Below, piece after piece: positions 12,528-23,900 of a stretch of DNA of 64,000 bases (within the stretch, counting starts at the first letter, position 1; the number at the start of each line of letters is the position of its first letter). The notes beneath the pieces are model-generated. The model was not told the origin of the DNA and ran no database searches. It saw only the letters and a program-made list of their open reading frames with translations. The position numbers and the translations under genes were made by a program. Origin of the DNA: Phoronis australis (Eukaryota; Animalia; Phoronida); the NCBI GenBank assembly GCA_002633005.1, contig NMRA01000445.1, positions 124,001 to 188,000 of the forward strand. Direction: 5' to 3'.

Positions 12528-14718
12528 ACATTAAACGAGGAAAGAGGCAGTCCCTCCTAGATTCGAGTAAAAATTATAGGTAGTGCGAACAACTAACAAG
12601 AAAATTAGGGTAGTACTATATCCAGTTGAAAAATACAAGGGAAAGTTCTACAGAAGTCGCATCTAGAGTGTAATGTATGGAAAGCCAAAGGCGAATTAGT
12701 TTAAAAATAGAACTCAACGTCTACTATTCAGGCGGGTAAGTGCAGTATATGTGCGACGAAAAGGTTCAAAATGAACAACACTGATAGATGGAATTCTCAA
12801 TTGACCTGCTCATTCATCAAGACATGCGTGGGTTCAAACAATCAAGAATGTGAAAAGAGATAAACAAAACAACATCATTGAAATTTAATTAACATAATAT
12901 AAATCTGAATTGGTATGCTTGTTAAGTATTGTTTGTGAAGAATTATCATCCAGCAGTGTCAATATGGCCATTATATATATATACGGGTATTTTCGCCGAA
13001 AAACCATCTGGGGAAAGCATTTTTTGTGATTCGGGAAGTTCTCTAACTTTTGTGGATTAGACTAACAAACGTGATTTTTAGGACTATCTAAATCCACCGT
13101 TGGTCAAGGTTCAAAAAGTGAAGGCGATCGTAATCGCGAGTTTCTTCAGTTTTAACGGTATAAAGCCTAACCCTGCAATGCGCCAGACTTTACGTCAACA
13201 CCGACGTCTTATTCTCATCTGACAATATCTTCAGGGCGGTCCCCACACTCCCGAGAGAGACCTTCACTCCCAGGAGTCTCCCCAGCCAGATGCCGACAGC
13301 CTGAGTCCGTCCTTTGTGCGCATGTCCTCTAGAATTAGCGAAATATCTCTTACCATAAAGAAAATCCTGCACCCCAACATGTAGAAAATCCCATATATGT
13401 GACGACTCAATATGGTAAGAGTTCCTTCCTTAGAGTTCAGTGAATTTGATACGTCAATTTGAAATTCGGTACAATTGTGAGTATTCTCCCATGTATGATT
13501 TTTGTTAACATGTAATATACACAATGTTGGACCTGTCGCCGGGTGGCAGCCATAATTCTATACAAGGGGAAATCGTTCGAGAGAGTTCTGCTAAGTCCGC
13601 GCCGCCTATGGATAGCTGTACGTGTTTCAGTGCACGTTGTCGTATAGGTTAGGCAACAATTAATCGGCTGCTCGGCAACCCTACTCTTACAAAAGGCCTT
13701 TGAAAAACCGTAGCTCCTGTTAGACGCAGAGGCAGCGTACATGCATACTCCTTGCTTTGGCCCTTTGCCCAGTCGCCACAAATTTTGCCCGGCTACTTCT
13801 CCACCACTGAACTTTCTTGTACTACCCCGTAGTCAAACTTTTTGACAACTGAGAGAAATGTTTAATAGACAACAATATGATTTTGACATTGATGTTCATG
13901 CGAAAAACTGCCAGCTTTTCAGGAAAAAGCATAGCACATCAAAAGGAAAAAAAACGTAAAAACTCATTGGTTGACATGTGCGTTAACCCCACCGACAGCG
14001 ACACCATGAGAAACGTACAAGAGGACCCTTGCGAGCCGATCGCCTACCCTGGTGGCGGCCCGGTTGGAAAAGGAGTTTTTAATTTGTTTGCTCTTGGTAA
14101 ATTGCACTTAAAACCAGTTAATCAACCACAATACGCAGATGAACCTTTAATTTACTGTAGAGTTCAAATTCCATTGGCGAATGCTCTAAGCTGGTCTATT
14201 TGTGAGCTCAGTGTTTATCAGGTCCCGTGCCTTGTAACACAATAAATTATGCACTCTAATTGTTTCATCACACGAGACTTTACATATTATAAATCAACAT
14301 AGGACTGAATGCGTCGGTATGTGTTTGCGTGGGTGGTGACACCAACTTGAAGAGAATCTTCACTCCCCAATGTCGCCCAAGATAGGCCTAGTAGGCCTAC
14401 GTCACAGAGGGGTGGCCAGAAATACGTTTGAATTAAATAGTGTGATTTTTGTTCTTGATAGAAAGTGATTCAGCACAAATGAAGTGAATTGTTATCATAA
14501 ACTGACAAGTTTAAATTGGAATTTAGGGTTAATTCCATAGCCTACTCATGACTGCTGGCAGCGACGTGTTGCCGCCGGGCACGTTCACTCACCGAATTGC
14601 TCATGATAACTAACGTGAACGTATCTGTTTAAATGGCATCTTTCCAAGCTAAAGTTCTGTGGGCATCACCTAGAAAGCTTAAGCTTGACGGTGTAGGACT
14701 ATCGGCGGTACCGCATAG

Positions 14719-14862
14719 CATGGGCGGGGCACTGAAACACTGTGACTAAAAAAAGGGGCGGGGGGCACCCCTGTGGTGCACCGCCCATAGACCATGGTCG
14801 GCGCAGCGCTGAAAATCGTGTGAGAGGCTGTACTGAGCCCCCAGCATGGTGCGCCGCCCATA
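14719..14862. repeat. Dimer of the same ~70-bp micro-MITE family (inverted relative to 12388)
   Basis: CATGGGCGGGGCACTGAAA...TGGTGCACCGCCCATAGACCATGGTC...TGGTGCGCCGCCCATA. The junction GCACCGCCCATAGACCATGGTC is also present in the 55055 copy. Confidence 0.7.
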
Positions 14863-15176
14863 TAGCCATGACCACTGCCGCTGGCTGCGGCACTCAAGCA
14901 ACTCGGTCAGTGCTAGCTACGCCACTGAGGCCGGGCCGGACTAGTCCGTACGTCGCTCCCTACTATACATACTTAAGAAAAAAAACAAAGTCATTAGCGC
15001 TGTACAAAGTACGTTGTGCTTCATTGGACATTTTAGTACACACTCTACTGAAGATAACCCAAGTTTTCGTACTTCCAAGCTCCTCTGTCGCTGCACAGTT
15101 ACGGTCAACCTACTAAGCCAGTTGGGTAAGCTCGCGTCAGTTGCAGACAGCTGTGACTCTTTCATCATACACCAGG

Positions 15177-15254
15177 GGTCGCGAGAATGTATTACCCACA
15201 ATGCAGCTCATAAACCCTTTTCCGTTTTGCCACATTTACAGCGAACCGGTGAGT
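15177..15254 (+). promoter_or_regulatory. Probable SSR2 promoter and non-coding first exon (TCT/TOP-like start)
   Basis: TCGCGAGA motif (15179-15186), pyrimidine tract CCCTTTTCCGTTTT at 15215, strong donor CCG|GTGAGT at 15249, and an acceptor TTTTCAG 2 nt before the SSR2 ATG. The TSS is inferred. Confidence 0.45.
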
Positions 15255-16229
15255 AGAGTACTCTGCTTTTACCGTTTTTTACTTAAGGTCAACTGTTTTC
15301 AACGACGATTTTATGAATTGGTAATAAGTGTTTGTTTTGTTTGTTTAGTTTGATGTGCCCTCTTTGTTACGTTTGGCCTTCTGGTATTATTTTTGTTAAT
15401 GATTGAACACTGCTGTCGGGGCCGCCGAGTTCCCCTTCTAATTTGACTACATTCAGACTTCTCTTTTCTAAGTTTTCTGTCTTCTTTCTCTCATGCTCGG
15501 TCTTCGCCACATCTCTTGACTTGAGGTAAAAAACGAGTAAACTGGTCCCTCTTGAAAATGGCTGCCGGAACCAGGTTTCCCTCGAGTAATGGCAATGTTC
15601 ATTATTCAGTGAAAACTGGTTCCCAGTAGCAGTAGCCGTTTACTCAACTTTTACCCCTTGATTCAAGCAAGTAAAAACTCGAGATTTCAAGCTGGATATT
15701 ATGTACAAGGATTATTTGACAGCACATTTTAATCCAGTCTATATGCATGATAGCTTTTTTCGATCTGTTTGAACATACCTCTGATATACACCATATAAAG
15801 ACGGGAGCAGTGCGTATGGTACACCACTGTAGATGCACCAGAAGTCCAGCGAGGTTTGCTATCTTTCCACTATGTGACCCGCCTGTCGATCACTGTTATT
15901 GGCTGATGCTTGACCTTGATCTGGGTCGATCATTGTCTGACCCCAATCGAATGTCAAGCAGCATGTAATGATACATGTCATGCAGAGGTAGAATTGCGAA
16001 CCTTGCCAGATTTATAGCACATCTATGTAAAGGTGTACACAGTACGACTTTCTTACATGGTGTCTACTAGAGGTATGTTCTATGAGATCGCAATAAGCTC
16101 CCATGCCTGTATGCTGGAGGAAAGTTCATGTTTTAAACAAACATGGTTTAATTATTTTCACACAATCATAGTTCTTAAGAAGCAGTGTCGCATTTTGTTT
16201 GCTCAAAAGGCTTTGTTCTGTTTTCAGCC

Positions 16230-19200
16230 ATGAGAGGGGTGTTGGTTGCCATAGTTTTGACCTTGGTCTGCGGGGTCAGTAGTGATGAGGATGAGGCAGC
16301 GCGCCTGTTGGCCAGTAAGAACATACTCAATCAGTATGTTGTGGAAGGCAAGGACTTGACTGTTCTCTACAACATCTACAATGTGGGTTCCAGGTAAATC
16401 TTGCATCTACGGTAAACATCCTCCAATCTACGGTAAACATCCTTCAATCTATGGTAAACATCCTCCAGTCTACGGTAGACATCCTCCAATCTGGGACAGT
16501 TTCTAAAATTTGGGACGACGACATTCGAGCAGGAATTGAATTTCGTTTTATTGTGAGGATTAGGACGTGTGCAGTTTCGACGTTCATCATATTTCTCCCA
16601 CGATGGCAACTTGTGAATGTGTCGAGCGGAAATGAAAACTTCCACTGAAATAGTGCAAAACTGGCAATGACTCTTTCTTTCATAGTTTTTATTGCTGTCT
16701 TTACGTTACCATTTTTGTCATCCTAGATTCTGCCATAAAATCTGACCCAGCTGATATTTTTAAGCTTCAAGGAGGTGTATTTAGGTCAATGTTTATTGGA
16801 AGTGGAGGCTGTGTTCACATTGCAGTGTGTCTTGAATGCTGCTAGGGATGTTCCCATGCTTAAGGGCAACCTGAGTCCAAACTTTTTCTTTTTCCACCAC
16901 TTCTGCATAAAGTGAAAAAATTATACTCATTCCAGTATACTATCATATACGTTTTATCCATGGCTATTCATGTATCATGGTCGTTAAAAAATGACTAGTC
17001 AATACCCTACTGGTTCAGCCTTACGTAACGCAAAATTTACTTGGTAGCTGGTTGTTTCAGCCCTGCCATCGATGTCAACTTAGTGGACAGCAGTTTCCCG
17101 ACCACAGATTTTGAGGTTGTGCAAGGGTCGCTGAAGACCCACTGGGACCGCCTGTCTGCGGGGGGCAATGTTACCCACGCAGTCATTCTTCGCCCGCTCA
17201 AGTCTGGATACTTCAATTTTACGTCAGCCGATCTTATGTACAAGGCTACGGAGAACGCAGAGAAGCCCAATGTAAGCAAATGTTTCCTATAAGATTTCAG
17301 TGTCGCTGTAACTCCATCGTTCTAATGAATATGTTAATAGCTGCTTTTGCCAACATTAAGGGTTAACGTTCTGTTAGTGGCTGTGTTTGAGTTCAGTCTG
17401 CAGTGTGCAGTGGTGGATTTAAAGGTGCCTAAGGGGGCCATGGCTCCCCCTCAACTTCTTCCGGTTTCCATTTGGCAGTTTGGGGATGCGAAAGTCTGAC
17501 TAGCAAAATCCTGGCTACTACACTGCCCCGCCCCCCCCCNGTTCAGGTTACCTCAGTGTGCATCTGCATTTGTTATTCTGGCATTTACGATTGTGTCAGA
17601 AAGAACTTCAGACCAGTGTTAAAAGTTAGGGAAAAGGGAAAAGACGGAATGTCTTGTATTAAAATGCATGTACGATAATTCTCCGCTTATTTTGCACAGA
17701 AATAATTCCCAAAATTGCCATATTCCAGTGTTTCATCAAAGTCTCGTTATCTCACTGCAGATAATCGACACTGTACCACGTTTTGACATCTACATGGTTC
17801 AAACTATGCTAGTAACGGGCTGAAATGTTCTTAACCTTTATGTTTCTGAATGAATTTTGACAAAATATAATTTCACACATCGCCATATCGTGTGCTAAAT
17901 AGGTGAAAACTTACCATCACACTAATAACTAACTGATTAGAAAATTAATGAAGTTTCACTTTTTAAACGTTGATTTTTTGTTATTTTAAAAATGAGATGA
18001 GATCACCAAATCAAAAGAAACTCACTCATTTGTCGCAGTGAACAAGGCTAGAAATCAGCAATCTGATATTATGTTATTGAACATATAGGAAAGGATTACA
18101 TAGTTGTGGCTCTTGTCACTTGCAGTGACAGTATTGAGCCCTTTAAAAACAGTATCCAGTGTGTGTTAATGAACAGACATTTAAACACCAATATTAATAC
18201 GCAATTCTTGTTGTATATTTGCAGCATGGTTATACAAGTGCACCTGGAGAGGGCGCTATAGTCAGCCTAAAGGATTTTGAAAGAACGTTCTCTCCACATG
18301 TGGTAGGTTAAAGGGACAAAATTGGTTTTAGGGCCAAAAAAAATATTTTGTTGGATAACATAGACTTCTTGAAGTTATTATCATCGACCAAATCTAATTA
18401 ACAACAAAATCTGTTGTTATTTTGTTATAAATCACCAATTCCTAACGTTGGCTTCCAGTCATTCGGTAGAGGCAAGTTACCTCCGAGTTAAACATTTACT
18501 CAAGCTACTCGCCACACTGGCCTTCAACTGTGCTTGCACAGCATCGGATTTTGACTGCCGAGGTAATGGGTTCGATTCTGGCTTGGGGCTGATCTTAAAT
18601 TCTCAACATTGTCACTTTAGCAGTAGTAAGCTGACTAACAATTTATCTATTCCAGTATTCCATTATAGGAATCTATCATCATTGGTTAGTTTGAATAATG
18701 CCAACTCTCTGGACATTCAGAAACAAATTAAAGTTAAAGTTTATTTCAAGACGATTAGATTCGATTTATTTCAAAACACCAGCATCGTTTTTATCATCAA
18801 TATTGGAACAGTGTTAACATGCCCCTTGATCAAAATGACATGTATGGTGGTAGGGCATCTTCCAAACTTTCTTATGATCTCCCCTGTAATCTCCCACCAA
18901 CCCCGCCTTCTTCCTGCTGTTGGAAGTAGACCCTCCAATGCCAAATCAAGGTTCTATTGGTCTGTGACGATCACACGACTGTCGAAAATTTCAACATTTT
19001 GAACGACTAGTGCTAAGTGTAGGAGCGTCCGATAGGATGCTTTTGCCAACACTTATTGTAAGGAGCTGGCCCGCTTGCCGATTTGGATATCCCATTTCCT
19101 GTCTCGCAAAATTCACCCAAAAACACTGCAACTACAAAGATCTCGGACTATTATCGATCGGATTATAACAAAATGTGTATTTGCAACCCTTCTTATGCCA

Positions 19201-19405
19201 TATTCCAAATGTTGTGAATAAGGCTTGCCCCTGCAACGACCTAGATAATTTTTTCCTTTCCTCTGTCGTATCTAATCAACTTTCACTTCCTTTTCAGGTC
19301 GACTGGGGTGTATTCTTACTCATGACTCTGCCTTCCCTGGGACTCCCTCTGTTGTTGTGGTATGGAAGCATGTCCAAGTATACAGCCAAGGCCAAGAAAA
19401 GCTAG
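16230..19405 (+). CDS. SSR2: Translocon-associated protein subunit beta (TRAP-beta), 186 aa
   Basis: Exons 16230-16393, 17061-17271, 18225-18302, 19298-19405 (561 nt, phases consistent). Family motifs: signal peptide, [73 protein letters not shown]...[11 protein letters not shown]. Confidence 0.96.
16406..16492 (+). repeat. 21-bp tandem repeat x~4
   Basis: Unit GGTAAACATCCTCCAATCTAC, immediately after the donor of the first SSR2 coding exon. Confidence 0.9.
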
Positions 19406-20578
19406 AACCACCCGACGTAGTATTTAGTTGAAATTCCAATGTTTTCTAATAAGCTGTATTTGTCCACGTTACCTGTACATGTCATGTTCTCGGGGCATTT
19501 TTACAATATAAATGTACGGAAACATTTGTATTTTTAATGCAAAATTTATTTTGTTTTGTTTTGTTTTCTTACACATCCTATATATAATGTTAACAGTCTG
19601 AATCAATTTAAAGTGGCTGTAAACTCACCTTGCTTTACGAAAACCAGTTTTTATATGGGAGGCTAATTAATTCATTAATAATAATAATAAATTCATCATA
19701 ATAATTAAATCAACAGACCAAGTCTTAACAGAGATCCTGGACTTGATCTCCCTGCAGTGTACTCAGCCCTTCTGCAGGATTCCAATCGACATTAAGGAAT
19801 CCTCCATGTTTGTTTTTATTATTTATTTCACAATGAAAGAGGGCGCACCTGGTGGTGAACCAAGTCGTGAAATATAGACAAAACAGCTGTACACCGACAA
19901 CCTCAAGGTACAGCTTATTGGCTCCAAAAGGATATTTATTTAATATCATTTAAGTGGAACCCAGAAATATACATAGTCTCAATTTTTATTATTAATAAAG
20001 ACTTGCCATAACAAAATTGGTCTCAAATTGTCTTCATTAAAAAGGTGTGATGTCTGGGCATTGAAAGAACCCTGTTCATTATTGCTCACCAAGAGGCGCT
20101 ACGAGTTGACTTGTCACAAAGTGTTATTTTCTTTGCCACGCATGGTCTTGGGGAATAACGAATCATCAGTTCCTTCCAAGATCAAAAATCACTTTTCATT
20201 TGAGTATGGAATGGGTCGAGACCAATTTTAAAGCGGTATTAGTGGTCAAAATTTTGTTTCTTCTACAAAACAAAGGTATATTGCTACTTTAATTCAGCGT
20301 TCCTAATTTTACGCAATATTTTTTGTACAGTTTATCGATTTCTTCTGACAATACATTCTACTTTGTTTTGAAAGTTAGAGATATTATAGTTTGACCTGCA
20401 TTACTAGACAATATCATTATCCCTCACGATGGTTAAGTCTGTTAGCAGAAAATGACTGGTAACAACTATTACTAGGTGAAAATTCCTAATAACTTGGTAG
20501 CTTTCCAATTAATCCCCCTTAAGTCTGGGTTGACCTGAGGAAATACCAGTCTGATGATGAATTTGGCCTCTGCCTAGC

Positions 20579-20631
20579 CAACGTTGTGATGGAGTGTTAC
20601 CCATGGTAGACGTTAGCTCTTGTTCTCCACG
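20579..20631. repeat. Perfect 53-bp inverted copy of LINS1 coding sequence 21586-21638
   Basis: CAACGTTGTGATGGAGTGTTACCCATGGTAGACGTTAGCTCTTGTTCTCCACG is the exact reverse complement of 21586-21638. Confidence 0.95.
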
Positions 20632-20954
20632 ATGCAGAATTCCACGTCATTTTGTCTGGATACTTTTGGTGTGTTGTGTAAAAAGCGCTGAATGTGGTAA
20701 TATGTTTTAGTGTAAAATGTATGACAGAAGTTGTGGGAATACAGTAATTGATACTATTTTTTTATTGCAGTCTTACAAACATGATCTTCAAAGAGAAAAA
20801 TACATTCGGTGAAACTGAACAGTTAAATGCGCGCGCATGTTTAACCTGCGACTTGCATCTTAGTTTTGCCAATTTGAAATTACAGCCATTTGAACAAATA
20901 AGTGTGAAGTGTCTCAAAAGATAGCTTGTCTAAAGAACACCACGGTTAATTTTG

Positions 20955-23900
20955 TTACTCATCATAATGCTCTTCACATGTTTCCAACAAGGAAATCAGT
21001 GGGATCACATTGAAGGGACTCAAGTTATTTGCACTAACTTTCTCAAGAGATATTCTAATTCTTATAAACACCGCCATTGTCTTATCCAACAAGCTGTCTT
21101 CGGCAGTCTCCGTATCACACTCAATACCCTGCATCTCGCAACACTTATCCAAGGGATCCTCATAAACATTGTCGTTCCAATGTGCCGTGCGAAGATCTGC
21201 AAGTTGACTAGCACTATTATTAATGCTCAATTCTGAAGAAAGTTCCACTCCATTCGCTGCATTAGTACTCGACTTCATATCTAAATCAGCGCATTCCTTT
21301 GGTTCTGATTTTGTGTCGAGGCCAGACCCTGTTGCATGTGGCGAAGTCTGAAGCTCACATTTTGTGCAAGAAGGTTCAGCTAAATTTGACAATATTACAA
21401 AGTCACCTTTTGCACCATGCTTAGGATTACTAGTTTTATCTATGTGCGTTTCCATGACAACAGGAGAGTCACTAGAATGTAATGGGCCGTTCTTACTGAG
21501 AGGATTTGTAGAATGATTTTGTTCGTGAGAGCAGACGTCAGAATCCTCACTATCGCTGTAGCTGACCAGACACGTACTGGAGTTCCGTGGAGAACAAGAG
21601 CTAACGTCTACCATGGGTAACACTCCATCACAACGTTGCACATTCTTTGATCCAGAAAAGCACAAAGTTTCATTGTCAGACGCTGAAGTGTCACTTATGT
21701 CACTGATTTTCGTCTCGCTGACAGAATTTAATGACTCGCAAAAGTAGTCCCAGTCTTGATTTACGAAGTGGAGATATTTTGTAAAATAAACCAGGAAACA
21801 TGTTTCAGGAGACAGTATGAAGTCAAGTAGAACATTGTTGTCAAAACAAACAATTCTCAAAAGACCTTGGAAACAGTGATGGGCATTTCTGAAGTCTGCA
21901 TTTGACTTCTTGGAGGACATCCTGAAACAATAACATAGAATGTATCCATATGGTAGTGTGATAGAAACAAAAGAAACCACACTCACACTCTCTAGTAGTT
22001 CAGTCAACGAACTTAGAACACTCATATTTTCTGTAATGAAAGACGTGTGATCAGAAGCAGAGATGAAGTGGCTAACCCAGTGATACCACAGGGTGCACTG
22101 TGTTAGGCCCCCAAAATGGGACCTCCCACATTCCCCTTTTTTAGATGTAAAAGACAACTCATCACCATTGAGATCTTCAGTACGATGAAAATTGCGATGA
22201 CTAATTGTTCTAGACACTCTGAGCATGAATTGCGCTGTCGTTATGACAGGGAATTCTGGGTCATTTTATCAGTTACTTTTGTCATGTCATGAGTCTTGTG
22301 TGACGAGTTGAAGCTATCGGCTCATAAAGCCAAGTGCTTTTTGCATGCGGTTCTACTCACTGTGTCAGTGATATTCTGAGGCTTAAAGTCTTCAAAATAA
22401 CACCAGACTTAAATGCAAGACAGAAACCACTCGTTCAGAAATGTGTGGTTTGTGTCTGAACGTATTCATACCTTACACAGATTTTACCAATACTTTTGAT
22501 GGCCGAAGCTAGCATCATTAAAAATTTCTTGAGTTTGCAACTTAGCATGGAGTTGTCTATAAAGGGCAGAAAGATTTTTTCATGCCCTTAGACAGTTCGA
22601 ATTTTAATAACAGCAACACTAACATAAGAAACAAAAGTCTTTACATATTACACTGAGTGCAAGGTAAAATACCCTCACCTTCGTGTGAGTTAAACATAAG
22701 ACAGGCTACAAGACTATTTCGATGTTACAAATTATCTGATAAAGAAGCAGTTACCTTTTAGTAACTATTAGCAAACACAGTAAAGCTTCAATCAAGAGAT
22801 CATCCTGGTCTTCAAATAAAGCTATTGGCCAATCAGATGCAGGCATGTTGGCATAGCGAAGTGTTAAGTCCATACTTGCTTGAAGACTTTCAAAGGCTTT
22901 GGACAAATCTAAAAAAATGAAAATTATTCGCTAAAGCAAAAGCAACAAAACGACTGTGAAGATTTAAATAAAACACCCAATGAATTTGTGCGGTACCATG
23001 TGTTATTCAAATCTAATTCTTTTTATAAGGGCAATTCGAAAACATTTTGACTCACAGTCCAAGACAAATCTGTATTACTACAATCATCAGTAGAAGTCAC
23101 AACATTATTGTAATCCACTCTTCAACTGCTTTTCTGGAATCTTAAATAATTTTGTAAAACCGTAGTTCTTTGCTTATTTTATTTTATCCCATTAGATTGG
23201 TTTGCACTGAATGGATGTCAATATTAGTGTAAAGCTGATTATTTGAAACAAGGAAATAAGCCTTTCAAAACTGAAGATAATGTTGTTTTTGTGCGAAATA
23301 ACTGAAGAATTTCACAACATTAAACAGTCTGTGGTGAAGCTGGTGACCTAAGGTTTACCTTTTATACAGTTCACACCGGTACTGTTTTCATTTCCCATGG
23401 GTTTGAAACACAAAATGTGGAATTATCTCTAATTTTTAATTTATTCCCACGAATTTCCATGGATGTTTTTTTCTTATCTTCCATCTTTGTCACTTTCCAA
23501 GTTTTTCCAAGACCTACATGTGTGGGAACTACATTTGATCAGGCATGCATGATGTGACATGGCTGTGCATGTGGCCTTTGACAGATGTTTCAACTCAATA
23601 CTGTAAGAATAATTGCCAAAATTGAATATTTTTTTCACTTTGTCCTTTAACATTGCTATGAAAGCTCATAAATACTCAAGGCCTTTTCTGATGCCAAGCT
23701 GTGGAATAAAGCTTAAAAACTAGAGAAGCTGCCGCAACCCATCTCTTACGAAAAAAATCGAGAACATAAAATTTCACCTATCTGCCATAGTGCGTGTCTT
23801 AAATTTGAGAGTTTACCGCAATACAGAGCCCCAACTGTACCTTCAGCATCATCAGAACTCTGACTGCACAGGACGGCCACACTGCGCAGTATCAATATCA

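Noticed and set aside
12670-12775. GKCSICATKRFK peptide resembling small zinc-ribbon proteins of Polinton-like elements
   Set aside because: Too short, surrounded by stops, and no other Polinton gene remnants are visible.
16394-16492. GGTAAA motifs in the 21-bp repeat as in-frame alternative SSR2 donors adding 7-aa units
   Set aside because: The spacing is a multiple of 3, but an in-frame TAA at 16395-16397 precedes them, so their use would truncate the protein.
17407-17540. CAGTGGTGGATTTA...TACACTG GC-rich segment as a defined MITE
   Set aside because: TIR similarity is weak and the segment ends at a poly-C run plus an N, so its boundaries cannot be trusted.
18448-19002. 184-aa ORF and a GGTTCGATTC B-box-like motif (18569-18578) as a gene or tRNA
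   Set aside because: It lies inside an SSR2 intron with no recognisable protein similarity, and no cloverleaf can be folded; at most a decayed tRNA-derived SINE head.
21922-22226. N-terminal ~100 aa of the 423-aa ORF as coding
   Set aside because: It lies upstream of the acceptor at 21922-21923, and the phase matches splicing from exon 22908-22755, so it is intronic read-through.
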